A stretch of 64,000 bases of DNA from the human T2T-CHM13v2.0 reference genome, Homo sapiens (GCF_009914755.1 NC_060935.1), one strand, 5' to 3'; shown: positions 12,130 to 27,410, counted from the first letter of the stretch. A program made the numbers and translations. Notes: generated by a model from the sequence alone, not told the origin.

Positions 12130-13250
12130 CCTGTGGGATAGGATTTCACTATATCCCTGCACAGCTGTTTTCATGCTGTGGTTGGATTTTGACGCTGTCG
12201 TAATTTCCCCCGTTGTTTGATATTCTCGCATTTACATTAAAGAAGTACAGGAGAAGAACAGTGTTCTTGGGAGAAGATTTCAGCATTTAGGATTCATACA
12301 AATAAATGCATGGACTGCCCACGCTTCCCTCACATCCGTCAAACAACTCAGTTAAAAACACCTTTTCAAAAGGCTCTTCTATAATTTTACTTCTTTTAAA
12401 AATAGTGATGGGGTTATGTCTGATGCCCCGGAACGTCCGTCATGCATTGATTTTATCCAGTTCAGTGCCAGGCAGCAATTAGCAAAGGTAACACTAATTA
12501 GGTTTTACAATGTAATATGTGTCCTTCTAAACTTAAGTCATAGCATTTTAAGCTTCTAATGATTGCAAGGTCATTTTGCTATTCTTCATAATAGCAGGGA
12601 TGCTAATGAGTGCATTTGGTATGCGTGGGGATGCCCCTGTTTCCTCCTGGGGCTTATCAGCATTTACTGGGGACACTTTACTTAATTTGTTGCCGAGCTC
12701 ATGACCTAAACGGAAACATTGAACCGGCCACCTGAAGGTCTAGAAGTTTTAGACTGTGGAATCAGCGCTGTGGAAGGCCCGGCTACCCGGGTTACCGTGA
12801 GCTGATCATTTGTTTTCCTCTGGACTTAGAAGCTCCGCATCCACCCTGTCCAATCTCCTTAGCTGGCCAATCTCCCTCTCCCACGTCTGAATGCACTTAA
12901 ATTTGCTCCTTCCTGCTAAGAAAAATGTTATCCTATTAAACGATGCGTGTTATAAATACCTTAACATTCATAGTTTCATGTTTTAATCTTGCTGCTAGCA
13001 TATTCTGGGCATGCTTACTGGAATCAGTTTTCTATTTCTTAGATTGTAAGTTCTCAGGAGGCAGATTAAAAACTCATAAGATGGTCTCTGTAAAATGTCT
13101 TTCCCAGAGCCGCGTGTGACTTGGTATTTCATGTGGGTTTTAGATGTGGCTGTAGATAATGAGATGGCGGGTATGACAGTGTTGAGATTCAAGCAGCTTC
13201 AGCAGGCTCTCCCCCAGTGCAGCTGGAAAACATGACAAAATACATTTCCA
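12130..13250. promoter_or_regulatory. Candidate conserved enhancer, CpG-retaining
   Basis: About 1.1 kb free of repeats, roughly 21 CpGs in 12190-12950 despite AT-rich composition, and homeodomain cores ctaattag, caattag, ctaatga. Confidence 0.5.
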
Positions 13251-13414
13251 CTGTTGACACGTCCACCTCGTCCTGTTGGGGTGGCCCCCCAGGGTGGTGT
13301 GGGTTTGAGAGACATTGTTGGGGCTCAGACTTCCTGCCTTCCTCTTAAGGAAAAATAAGGAAGTGATGAATTGAGGGGAATACACGCAAAGTAGAGAAAG
13401 CTAGGGTTGTCTTA

Positions 13415-14140
<726 letters not shown>

Positions 14141-14299
14141 AGATCATTCACAGTGTATTCCATCCTCTCTGGGGATTTTCAAGGGGAGCACTCTGCAAGA
14201 GTCACAGGATTAGCCTAGGAAAGACCGGGCTTTAAAACAAGGAGCTCCCAGGCACAGAGATTCTTGGTTCTCAAATGTTGCAGCCTGTGACGATTCCTA

Positions 14300-14658
<359 letters not shown>

Positions 14659-15059
14659 GAAGGAAAGGGAGAAGGAAAGCAGAGAGGGCATGAGGGAAGA
14701 GATGAAAGGAAGAAAGGAACTTCCAAAGCAATGCTCTGGGACAAGCCTTTGGGATTCTCCTGCCATCCTTTTAAGGGAACTGAAGGCCAGAACCTGAGAG
14801 GGAGACATTAGTTCTAGGTCTTAGACCCAGCAAGGGTAACCAGACAGGGTTACTACTGTTCTGGTTACTGAAGGCTCCCGTGCATGGAGTGTTGCATTCC
14901 CCAGCCTCTGGAGCTGGTGGGGGTTGGAGCTTCACAGGGTCACCTCCCTAACTTCCCCTTTACTGCTGTCCTGAGCCTGGTTCAGAACTCATTCTGTCAG
15001 GAACCCCAGTGACCACATGACCCAGCTGCCCCCAGTAGGTGGCTGCCTCAGACCCTAGG

Positions 15060-15360
15060 CAATAAACACTCCTTGCAGCACTCACTTAATGTGACATAAA
15101 GAGAAGAAACTGCAGCGGTGTTGTCACTAGAGCGAATGGCAAATTCTCATAGCTAGATAATGCAGAAATAAAGTGCATTTGTAATAGACAACAAAAGGAT
15201 TATCCCCCATTCATTTCAAAGCACCTTCATCCCACTCAGGGATTACATTTCTCTTACTTATCTTGCAAGTAGTTTTTTCTATTCTTGTTTATCCCTGAAG
15301 AGCACATGTATAGCTTATAGCAAATAAAAAGCTGGACCTGTTAAAGGCAAGGCCTTCATT
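15060..15360. promoter_or_regulatory. Candidate conserved non-coding element next to a CTCF-like core (CCAGTAGGTGGC, 15032-15043)
   Basis: Repeat-free, with cacttaa (NKX-like), ggatta twice (K50 homeodomain) and cataaa. Inference. Confidence 0.3.
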
Positions 15361-16799
15361 AGTCAGAGAGAAGTCATTCTCCAGGACTCTGTGAGTTCTC
15401 TAATCCACTGCTAGGCAGTAGGATACCTAAGAAACTAACCCTATACCATCCAAGACAGAACTCTGCTAGTCTGCAAGGATGAACATGGTCCATGAGAAAT
15501 AGCAGCATCTCCCAGAAAACCTGAGCAGGTCAGGGGCTTCTCTGACTCCTCTCCACATTTGACCTTGGTCTCTGAGATGCTCTTTGTGGCTCTCCTGTAT
15601 GCCTGTTGAGATGCCCATGCCCTTTCCAGAGCTACAGACAGGCATGCTGTCATCAGACTTCCAATCTTTACTCTGAATGAGAAAAACATCAAAATCTGAG
15701 AAGCAGGAGAGCTAAGGGTATCCTAGTGAATGGAATGATGATGCAAATATCCTAGAAAGCTGTGTAGAGAACGTGGGGCCTGTCCATGGGCTTCAGTGCC
15801 CACCATGCAGTGCATGGGAGACCGAGGGAATGGCTGGGACTTTAATTCTTTTGAGGGCCGTTGCTCTTCTCAGACACCCAGGGGAGGGGTTCCATGGCCA
15901 CAGCAAGCTCTCTGGCAGCCTCTGACCTGTGGAGATTCATTCTCACCACGTGTTCCAACTCTAGAACTATGTAACTGCTCAGATCTTACCCAAGCGCGTG
16001 TTCTCCTCTTTCATAGCTTCCATTCTTACCCCCATTCACATATCATCATGTGCTTCACACGCAGTGGGGATCTTAACAGGCATTGCCATTTCTTTTGCTT
16101 GATATTTCTGGCTCCTTTCTTTTGTTACTCTAAGACTTTGCAGAATCAAAAGATTCTAAGAAGAGGCCAGGGAAAGAGCAGACCATCCAAGTACCAAAAA
16201 TCCCTAGTAGGCAGCCTTCTCCTCTCTCTTCCCTGCTCTTCCTCTTATCCAAGTTATTAAAATACGAAAGATCATCTCACGAATACGGGCTACAAACAAC
16301 TCCACAACTAAAGCAAACCCTTCTGGTCACCCTGGGTCAGAGGAGCACAGGTGGTCCCATGGGGAAGGGCAGCAATTTGGCCCCAGGACACCAGGTTGGT
16401 GGCAGAACCTGCTGAGTGTTTTCCCAGGCTGGCGGGGAATCTCATGAGGAGGAGATCAGTCCTGGAATGTCCAGGACTGAGGGGACAGTCATGAGGGGGA
16501 GATGACACAGTTTAGGACAGGCTTCCCTTTAAGGTATTTAACTTTATAGAAAATGGAAAGCCTTCCCCAAGCGTTCTCTTATTTTGGGGAAAAAAAATGA
16601 ATGTGCAATTCAACTGTACCCCAGAACAGTCCATCATGAACTTGGACCTTTGTCACTCACCTGTCAACCCCATCTAACACCACCCCCAAAAGGAGTAGAA
16701 CAGGAAACCAGCTCCCACAGAGGGTTAAAGGCACAGCATCCTCCTGTTTGTATATAGCAGACCATTAGGGTATTTTTATTTCTCTTCTCTCCATGTTGC

Positions 16800-17060
16800 A
16801 CAATACCACATCAAAAATACATTTGCAGCAAAGCTTATTTTCTGAAGATAGATAATTTGGTTAAATCTTTTCCACTTTGATTTCATCTCCAGTTTCGGAC
16901 GAGCAGCAGTACAACATGCAGCAGCAAAAGCCCATTTTATTCTCATGAAAAAGAATTTAATGACCCTCTGATATAAAATTGATCCTCTGATAAGATGGCA
17001 CTTGTGGGTTACTTTGACAGAAATGTTAAACTAAGTAAGTCTGCACATATCCACTGATGT
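16800..17060. promoter_or_regulatory. Candidate conserved non-coding element
   Basis: Repeat-free AT-rich block with atttgca, taatttgg, ttaatga and GATA sites. Inference. Confidence 0.3.
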
Positions 17061-17377
17061 ATGGCACCTCGAGTTGCTGCTGGGACTGCAGAGGACACAT
17101 CATTCTGCCTCTGCTTGGGAAGGGGGAGTGGGTGGGAGCTTGGACTGTCCACACTGGTCTAGCACTATTGTGTCACTGAATTCCTACAGAATCTTAGCAG
17201 TCATTGTGTGGCCTGGAGCTCACATGGGTTGGGAAGTTTGGACAACTGTCTTGTAGAATCAAACATTTTATTTCAGGCATTCCCAGGTGGTGTTTGCCCT
17301 GGTTCCAGTCTCTGATGCCACAGTCGCCTATCTCGTGGACAGGTGGAAGTAAAGAGTTAGGATCAAAGCTGTTAGTA

Positions 17378-17935
17378 ACAAGGACAATGAAACACTACTT
17401 TATGCCAATTAGGTTAGCAAGAATTAGAAAACTGAAGGATACCAAGGACTGGGGAACAGGTGGGGAAACTGGAACTGCTCTGAACCAGTGTTGAGAATAT
17501 AAACTGGTCGGATATTTTAGAATATTCCTGGCAGTACTTAATGAAATTGTGCATGCATATATCCTAAGGCACATAAGTAAGTATTGTGTGGTGGTATGAA
17601 TGCTGGATTCTCACACAGTGGGAAATTAGAAGAAACCTGGAGATGCAACAAAACAGAATGGATAATGAAATTTTGTGAATGCAGCAATTAGAAACAATGA
17701 AGTGGGCAGATACCTAACAATACGAACAATTCCTAAAAGCAGCGTTAGTTGAAAGCAGAAACAGAATTATATCTGTAGCACAATGTCCTTTAGGTAAATT
17801 AAAATCATGCATATAGGTAACACCCTGTACTTTACATATATTTTGGAAGACCTTTATCAAACATAGAATAGTTACCTGGGGGTAAAGGAAGGGAAATGGA
17901 AGTGAGGACCAGAGACGAAGATGGAAAATATAAAA
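17378..17935 (+). mobile_element. L1ME-like ORF2 end and 3' UTR fragment
   Basis: acaatgaaacactactttatgccaattaggttagcaa.., tataaactgg, agaatggataa and atagttacctgggg are typical of old L1 3' ends. Confidence 0.7.
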
Positions 17936-18873
17936 AAAGAGAGTTCTTAGATGGGTTATGATGTGTCATAAGCTGAGAAATATGACTAACTCAAGTCTTT
18001 GCAGCTTATATTCAATTTAAAAAATAGCACATAACTTAGAACATGGAATAAATGCCAACTTAAGTGGTGATTTTGATGGCTACAATCCAGGCCCCCTTTC
18101 CCAACTGTCCTCCAAACCTCCTTTATCCTCTTGAACAATCAGAGGGGGATGCTGTAAGATGAGACTTAAAAGCCGCAGGGGAGTTTGGGGGGGGTCTCTC
18201 GCATTCCTGAGGTCCCTTTGACTATAGGTAATAAAGGTTAACAGAAGGTGGAAGGCTGGTTAGAGAGTCAATTACAAACTAACTGACTCACAAGGATGGG
18301 AAAAAACCCAGGAGATGCACTACGATCTTGTAAAAGGGAGATTTCCTATATATATATATATGTTTCTCATTTGGGGAGTGCATTGACTTTTTGACTTGGG
18401 TATAATGATCACCTGGAGAGGCTGATCAAAACAGGAGCCTGCCTGAATGCTTTATAGCCTTTCACTCCTTGTAGACATGAAGATAGCTAAGAAAAAGTAA
18501 ATGGAGGTCATCAAAGTCATTTGCACTTGTAAAATGTGACCCAGCAACTATTAAACACAAAATCTCTGATAATAGCCGTAAAAGAAAAGAAGTGTCACCT
18601 ATCCTAACTGACAAAGGAAAGGAAGGAGGGAGGTGAAAGTCAGATGCAGAACACCGATTAACTTCCTCTTCTGAGAATTAAAATGGTGACCACTTTTCTC
18701 CTTCCATCTAACCAATTTGAAACAAAGACAAGGAAGGCAAAGCTTCCTCAAATCTGGATCACCACTCAACCTTTGAAAGGCTATTCCATTGTCACCAATT
18801 GGCATATCTGATCGGGCAAATCAAGGACTGAGGTTTGGAAACAGATATAGCAAAAGGTGCTATCAAGTGAAAG

Positions 18874-18923
18874 GGCTGAGCAGGAAGGTTGATTAAGTCC
18901 AGGCTGAGTAGGAAGGTTGGTTA
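18874..18923. repeat. Duplication with a 28-bp period
   Basis: ggctgagcaggaaggttgatta / ggctgagtaggaaggttggtta. Confidence 0.85.
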
Positions 18924-20165
18924 GCTAGGGCTAGTGAAGCAGCTGCCCCTGAAGTTCTGTAACAACTGGGTACACCATGTAGTTTACAAGTAATCCTCAA
19001 ACCTGGTCAAAAATGTTGTCATTGAGGCCTAGTGGTTGAGTTTTTAGAACAGAAAAAAGTAGCAAGTGGAGACTCTGGAAGAGCTCCTAGACACAGAACA
19101 TCTTCTTAGAGCTTTCCTAGTGCTCAAATCTTCTACAAAGCCAAAACCGCTCTTTAGTTAAGCAAATTTGGGATGAGGGGAAGTAACAAATAGTCATATT
19201 AATTGCATGGCAGTGGTTGTTTTGTAAAAGGAATAGCTAGCTGGTGGGTCACTTCCTCTGCTCTCCAAATCAATTGTTTTGCACAATGGAGACACACTCC
19301 TTGGGTCAGGAAACTAAATGTGAGTGTATCTGTTCCCATGTGTGTAAATATACAGCTCTCATGTGCCTAATTTATAGCAAGTCACCTACTACTAGAACAT
19401 CGGCCCTTCAGTTTTGGATCACTTGAATTATTCAAACCAAAGACGCCTTCACCACCAATGATCAGAGGAAAAGTGATTCAGATGGGGTTTAGAACTACTC
19501 AGAGTCTTCCTTGAGTGCAAGCAGTTCCGGCTTGTGAGAAATTCAGAGAAGTCTAGAAATAGAAATAACAAACACAAAAAAGAAAGCCTGCATGTTTATT
19601 GATAACAACCTGATAGGAATGCATATTCCTTCTCCAATTCCCTTTCCTTCTGCAAAGAGTTAAACAAAAAAGTAATTAAACAATAATTTCTTTGTGAGTG
19701 CTGGACTTCTGAGGCCTGTTTTCTCTGTTGGAAAAAAAATAGATTTAAGATAATGGCCCTATTCTCCTCAGAATAAATTAAGCTCAGAGATAAAGAATTC
19801 CATTACTAATGCCTTTCAGCAAAGCCCAGGCATCTTTTAAAGTCAAACTTTAAAGTATAATATGCCGTGATCTTGTTAAAATCTTTCCTGTAATGATATT
19901 TAAGTGATGGGCAAGGGTATCAATGGTTCAGGCAAAGTATTGATTGTATATCTTCAGGGCTGTTGAGCTCTTTCAGAGTATTCTGTTTGAGGGAATGCAT
20001 TGTACTTATTTAAAGACATTTTCAAAACAGTTGCAAGTTAACTCAAGTAACTGATTTTTTGTATGTAAAACTGTAGGAAAAAAGGGAAAGTTGGAAGGGG
20101 AGGATAGAAAGATAGGAACCTGAAGGATACTCAAGTTATAAATCAATGACAAAGACCAACAGTAA

Positions 20166-20479
<314 letters not shown>

Positions 20480-21726
20480 TTAGCTCTCACCATTTTCTTT
20501 TCTGTTGAAGTATTGACAAATGACTCATCTTCACCCTTGTGGTAAGAAGTAGTCCCTTCTTCCTTGGGGAGCAGGGGGTTTCTTGGAGAGGAGATAGTTA
20601 GTTGCTAGTCTGGAAAATCTGCAGAGTCTCAGCAAATCCAGCTCCATTCTCTCCGGAAGAGAATGTGAAGAGTCAGAGGGAGCACAGGAACAATTCAGTG
20701 AGCAACGATGGAGGATACTGTCTGCAGAAAGCATGGGTGATGGCTTGGGACTATGGTGGTCCTGCTGGCAACCTCTTGGTGGTGCTGAAAGCACCTGAAC
20801 CATTATCCTATTTAAGTCACAACTTGGATGTCTAAAGCCATCATATATGATGTCCACATACAGATGATGACCCCTTGAACATGGGTTTGCAATTCCCATT
20901 CATCTCCCCTACATGACTGTATGTGTTTTAAGGGCAGAGTTTGAAAATCATCCCTTCCTCACTTGATAACCTGAATAATATTCATGGCTCTGGAGAGCAA
21001 AATCCTTCAAAAACTGGTTTTCCTCCTTGAAACAAAGAAACAACCAGTGAGTTTTCCTGGAACTAATGCCATCCTAGAGTTCGCAGCTAAAGTGACACCA
21101 GTTGTTTGCCAGGTGGCTTCGGGCACACCCCAACTGCAGCATGGAATGTCTCAAGGGTCATAGGGCTGGGCCCTGCCTCTCCACTCTTCTCTTATGCAGG
21201 AGAATGACTAACACCCCCTAGGTGTTAGTTGGATTCTGCACTCGGATTCTGCAAAGACTATCCTGGCTCCTGGGCATCAACTTTCAGTTGGAAGGAGCTA
21301 TGGAGGCTTGTTCCAGTGGTCTCATCATCCTGGAACATGCACAGGGCTTTGGGGCTACTTGGCCTGATAGCTCGTCCACCAAAAGGTGCTGTCATTGATG
21401 CTGGCAAGGAAATACCCACTGTGGGAAGGGCTGTAGATATCCTACAAAAGAAATCCAGTTCCTGGTGAGGTGGCACACACTTTCGTGTCTTTGTTATAGA
21501 GGAAGAGGATCCCATTGCTTAACATTTCTGGCTTACATTTATTCCAATTCTTTGGATTGAATTAATCTATTTGAAATATGTGCATGCACACACCTATATG
21601 CACATATTTATGGGATATATAGTTGCTCGTGACTTTAAAATGTATATTTCTTATGAAACTAGGTTAAAGTTTTATAGAACAGAATGTGAAAGAATGCTCT
21701 CATAAGTATATCCCCCTAATGCAGTG

Positions 21727-21860
21727 AATTTGTTTAACAAACATTTGTTTGGTTCTTGCTATGTGTCAGGCAAGGCGCCAATCCCTGTGGATACAGAGAA
21801 GTGTGCGTCAAAGTCCCTCTCCTCCAGAGTCCACAATCTATTGAGGCAGATGAATGAGAA
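21727..21860 (-). mobile_element. L2 3' end
   Basis: tttaacaaacatttgtt..ctatgtgtcaggca..ggatacagag..ccctctcctccagag..acaatcta. Confidence 0.7.
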
Positions 21861-22239
21861 AACCTACAAAGTATGTTAGGAAGCAGACAGGATGCTGGGC
21901 AAACACTGGGACACAGCTCCTTTCCAATATTCTGGATGGAAAAACCTAGTTCTTACAGGGCTATAGTCATGGAAGAGATGCAATTTTGTATTCTGTTTTC
22001 CTCCTACTTGTGTTTTAATCACATTTCCTTCTGAGGCTACATGGTTGCACCCTCATCTCTCAGAAAGACTTTTCTTTAAATAAACAGAGATCCAGATAGC
22101 AAAATGCTACCATCCAATGTCTTTGCCTATATTTATTTCATTACTTCATCTGAATAATACTTTTTTTAAAAAAAAGGAAGCCCAGCGTCCTATGACCTTG
22201 TGAAAGAAGCAAAAAATAGCATCATTTACTCAGCAGCAT

Positions 22240-22950
22240 ATTGTACCTTTGCCTATTGTTTTCTTACTTGTCTAATTATTTAAAAAAGAATAGCTGTGGT
22301 AAAGCACTCTCTCAGGCACAAATATGCTTCTGATTTAAGAAATTATTATAGAAAAATGCTGGAAGCCTTGTAGTCATCTTTGCTATATTTAGAGGGAAAA
22401 TAACGTCCCTCTGCAATTACCATTTGGTATGAAGTTTAGGCACTCACATTTTTCTTTTCTTTTTTTTTTAAACTAATTTTTTCCTCTTTTTCTCTGGGTT
22501 AACAATGCAGGGATCATAGTTGCACAATTATTAAAAAGAGGCCACTTAAATTCAACTCTCCATGGATACAGTGTCTGTGGCAATGTTTAATTAGAGATTA
22601 AAATTGAGGAATTGAATAATTGAGGTTGCTAATGAATTTGAAAACTCAGCAAAGCAAGGAGAGCTGAGCGTTTTTCCGACTTAGCTTTTCTTTCTCTAAC
22701 CCTTTTCTCATTTCCTACTATTATCACATTTCTGGCCTTGACTGCTGAGTTTATTACTACCCATAACCCTGGCCTAAGTGGAAACAAAAAAGCTGTAGCC
22801 TCTTTGCTGAGCTCCTGGAGACATTTGGTCTATTGGATTTATGACATGTTCAGAAGCTTGCAGTTGCAGGAGGCTGACAATGATGAAAATGAGATATGTT
22901 GGGCCACCAACGCTTTCTGTAATCACCTTAATAGGTCAACATAACAATGG
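22240..22950. promoter_or_regulatory. Candidate conserved non-coding element, homeodomain-site rich
   Basis: Repeat-free, with clustered TAAT/ATTA cores (caattatta, tttaattag, aataattga, gctaatga), ccacttaa and aacaatg (SOX). Inference. Confidence 0.45.
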
Positions 22951-23159
22951 ATGTTGCTGGTGGAAAAAATAAGAAGACGGTCCTAAATCAAAGGCAATTT
23001 AATATATTAGAAGTTCTATTGCTACCCCCTCTAGGGAGACTGGATTATTTGGGTACCTTGCTTGGTAGGCTTGCATTAGCTTCAGGTGCCCAACAATGAA
23101 AGTAATCCCTTGGTTCACCCTGGAACAGAACCAGTTCTTTACAAGGTGACCCTATAATA

Positions 23160-23295
23160 GCTATCCCCTTGGTAGATAGCACATCTCAACTCTGGCCTGG
23201 AGGTAATTCTCAAGCAGGGATTTCTGCACTGGGAGGAGGCCAGATTACAAGACCCTGAAGGTCCTTTCCAACTCTAAATTGCTATGATTTTATGA
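23160..23295 (+). mobile_element. L3/CR1 3' end
   Basis: gaccctgaaggtcctttccaactctaaattgctatgattttatga terminus. Confidence 0.7.
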
Positions 23296-24114
23296 AGATG
23301 GCATAGAAAAAACTGCCTCACTCTAAGAGAACCATACCCTTTGAAGCCTCTTTTTAACACACAGGTAAAGTTTTCAGGACTATTTTTATCATTTGGACAC
23401 CGAACTTCAGATGAGATATTCCAAGTTTCATTTAGCACAACATATAGATGGTTTAAATCTACATTCAAGGTAAATGTCTGTATTTTATGGCCCGAAGCCC
23501 CCAAACTCATGATTATTTGCTATTTTGCCATTGCTAGTTAAATTGGGTCTTGATGTTTACTGCATCTCTGACTGCAATAAGACTGATCACTAGTGGGGAT
23601 AGTGCAACTGATAAAAGGAACCTGCTCCAAAGCAATGTTAACATAGCAGATATTTGGTCAGAAAATCTTTTATGAATTAGAAGTCATTCCTAATAACATT
23701 TCCTTAAAACTTCTTAGCCACACTTCTTAGCTCAGCTGCTGATGGCTTCCTACTAATGACTTTAAATACATGTTTTTGACATCAGGAAAAGAAATAATCT
23801 GTCTTACAAGGCTGTTCTTACTTATACCAAGAACAATCTGTCTCCTGCTACAGTTTAGCACAGCTATAGCTTGGGGGTAGGGGGTCAAAGGAGGAAGTAT
23901 GCATAATGTACATATTTAATCTTGTCTCGTCTATTTTTATCCTATGTTCACTCAATATTTGTAGCATTCTCTTTGCGTCTGTAAGCATCAATGCTATTCC
24001 TCAGAGACATTAAGATCCCAGAGAAGAGAAACTGTAAAAATGTTCTTTGATGGTATCTAGGACAACTCCAAGTATAGCTAAGTATATAATAAATAACTGA
24101 CTATCCATGATGGG

Positions 24115-24141
24115 GATGATGATGATGATGATGATGATGAT
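24115..24141. repeat. (GAT)9 microsatellite
   Basis: Read directly. Confidence 0.95.
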
Positions 24142-26929
24142 ACAGAAATAGTGTGTAAAAAAATTCATCTTCAGATGGGTATTTGTGGCAATGCTTCAGA
24201 GGGGAGAGACATTTCAAGAGACTGGGTCATTCCCTGGTTTGGCAAAAAGGGCGACATGATGGTTGGTGTCTATGAAGACAGCTGTGTGTCATCAACAGAA
24301 GGTTCTCATACCACACAGCTCAGCTTGCAGAGGAGGAACGGGGCTTGATTCCATGGCTTCCCTACTTGAAGGCAGGGCTTGGCTTACTTCCAATAAGTCA
24401 CCTTCCATGGCAAGGGGAGGGTGGGTGATATTTTTTAGTGAAGGAGATGCTTCCGGGGGGAGCTGCAAGCTGAGGGGCTGCACCAGGAATACAGGATTCC
24501 TGGGAGTTGATGGGAAACTTCTAACCTTCAACTGCCTTCTTTTCTCATTTACACAACGCTATCCTGGGGTAAAGAGCCCTAAATAATTGCAATGCATCAA
24601 CTTGGCAGAGGGCTACACATTAGGTAGGTCCTTCCATAATGTCTTTCTCATTAAGAGTCTAAGCCCATAAGGCAATTTGTGGCATTTACTGTTCATCGCT
24701 CAGGGGTCAGAGGGTGGGGAGAGGGATCTTTCATTTTGGGCCTTATCGAACCTGTCCCGCTTGTGACCCACAAGAGCATTGCAAGCCTCATCCTGCACAG
24801 TGGCTTGGTGTGTGATTCGGTGTGCTAAATGGCATGTCTCCATTCTCCAATCTGTCTGGCCATGAACCCTTAATAGAACACCAGAGACCTATGTGAGATG
24901 GAATTGTTGTGTACCGCCACAGCCTGACAACACAGAGCCCTATCTGCCGCTGCCAGTTCGGGCGGATGCCTAACGAGCACACTGGGGAGAGCCTCCAGTG
25001 GGGACATGACTCCCCAAAGCACTTCAGGGGTTCCTTTGTCCGCACCCAGCCATGCAAAATTCCTGGTGCAGCACAGCTAAGTGAGGATGCACGGAGGAGA
25101 TGAAACAGGCTGACAGGCAGAGCCATTCTGTTTGGGGTTTGTCTACAAAATTGTCAGTTCAGGTCTCCAGGTCAAAAATCATTTTATCTGCTGAAGCAGA
25201 TGCTTTGTAGAACAAAATGCCAGGCCGACTTCAAGGCCGGGAGGTGTGCAGAGCCCCAGGCTCCAATCACACTGCAGCAGGAGCACACTCCAGCCCATCC
25301 TGCCCCTCTCTGAATTCCCTCACTCAGAGATAGGCTCTCTTTTCTCTCTGTACACTCCAGCTCCCTGGAAGACTTTCTGACAGCTCCCTTTCTGCGGGCT
25401 GACTGCTCAAGAAGCAAGATGTTCAAAGACATGGCTCCCAGTCTCGGAAATCCAAACCTCACGCCTTGTGTGACTGATGAGCCACTTTTCGTTGTTTGCT
25501 TTCTTAAAAATAAGCATTAAAAGGTAGGGAGGTATTGGGAGAACTGGAATGATCAGTCTTATCAAAAGAGGGAAACTGAGGCTTAAGGAACGGAAGTATT
25601 AGCAGCAAGGTTACTCCCAAAGAGACATGTTACAGCCCCTACCAGATGGCAAGAACCTTGAACCTTATTTGATTGCTGCCTCTGCCCAGTAACTTTAATC
25701 TCCCTCCAGCAGAGAAGTGGATAGGGACCCCCCTGCCATGAAAAACAGCGTTGTTTTTTGTTTTTGTTTTTGCTTCAGATCTCCTTTCCTTTCACTGTTT
25801 TTTTTAGCATGTATGGGAACATTATATTCACCAAAAATCAGGACTAGCATTAAACCCAGAAGATGTGAACTGCACGCATTATAAGGCAAATTAGATCCTG
25901 AAAGTCTGCACTGCACTCGGATCCCCAGCACCTCCTCTGTAGCCCACAGTGCAAGGCTGCCTGTGGCTTCTTCCTGGGACGTCTGCTCTGCCTCCTGAAA
26001 GGATGGCTTTGCCTTTCTGAGGTCCATGAAGGGAAGTCAGAGTGGCTTGGCTGAGCCCTACATTTTCTTTTTCTGTGTAATTCCATTTGATAAAGAAAAA
26101 GCATTTAGAAAGGTTCATTGTTTAGATATTGAAAGACAGGAGGGAAGCAGACCTAGGAAGGAATCCTTAGTTTCCTTTTGTTGTACAAGGACACTGCTCT
26201 CATGCATGTCAACCCATTCCTCATGGGGCCCACCACACCATAAATGAATCAGGCAATAAAGGATCCCAGTGGTACCATTGTCAGAATATCTAAATTTTGA
26301 ATTAAAGACTTGGTTAAGATATGAAACTACCTACCTTCCATTTGGAAATGTCCCTTGAACTCTTTCCCTAGACCCCCACTGATTGGATAAGGTGAGTGAA
26401 CCCGAGCTCCAGGTGCCTCCCAAGTCCACTGTGAAGATGCCCTGAACACGATGTGGAACCTAGGCGAGGGAGGGGTCTGCATTTTATCAGATCATGATCT
26501 GTGTCAAATATAGTTATGAGTATTTTCATCAAAGAATATCATAGTTTCCCCAGCACTTTGTGAAGGCTGCGATAGAGAGGAAATTGAAAGGCAGGGTCAT
26601 TTCCAATGGCACACAACACAGTGACCTCAGACAACACAGTGAGCTATAAGAAAAAGATGGCTTGCAGACGCCAGGCCAGGCAAAGAGACTTTTTGCTGGA
26701 GGGACAGGTTGAGAAGCATAAGAGAACTTCGGCAACCACATTCTTTTTAAAGTATTGGAGCTCTTCTACCATTTGCTCAAAAAGCGTTCTGAGTACCAAC
26801 TATGGCAAGGTTTGGAGCTAAAGTCTAGAGCTATAAAGATCAATGCATCTTTTCCCCTAGTCTAATGGGATAGACAGGCCTTGAGGACAGGAAATGAGAC
26901 TGAAGTGACGAGATGGACACGAAGTCAGC

Positions 26930-27410
26930 AGGATCGGGCCCCTGCTGCCCTGCAACCTCATCTCCTCCCATTCTCCCCTCTGGCTCATTTTGCCCCAACC
27001 ACACTGAACTTTTGAGTTCCCCCATCAAGTCCAGGCCCTTTCCTCCTGAGGGTCTTGGCATCTGCTCACCCTCTGCCTGGAATGCTCTTCCCCTGGGATC
27101 TGCGTGGCTTGCTCCTCACTTTCTTCAGATCTTTACTCATACATCACCTTTTCAACAAAGGCTTTCTTGACCACCTGTGATGTCACACCGCCACCCAAAA
27201 GACACCCCCCAAATTCTTCCCTGCTTTCTTTTCCTCCATAGCCCTTATCAGTACCTAACATATAAATCTGTTATGTATGTTGTTTATGATCCTGCCCCCT
27301 CCCGTCAGAATGCAAGTCCTATGAAGGCAAATATCTGTTTTGTTTACTGCCGTATTTTCAGTGCCTAGGCACATAATAGACCCTTGATAAATATTTATTA
27401 AATAAATAAA
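26930..27410 (+). mobile_element. L2a 3' region
   Basis: ctctgcctggaatgctcttccc, agaatgcaagtcctatgaaggca, cagtgcctaggcacata..ataaatatttattaaataaataaa. Confidence 0.85.

Noticed and set aside
12131-12164. Possible miRNA-like hairpin ctgtgggatag..ctatatccctgcacag
   Set aside because: The stem is too short and bulged for a pre-miRNA.
12254-12268. AAGAACA-g-TGTTCTT steroid-response-like palindrome
   Set aside because: The spacer is 1 bp, whereas GR/AR/PR elements need 3 bp.
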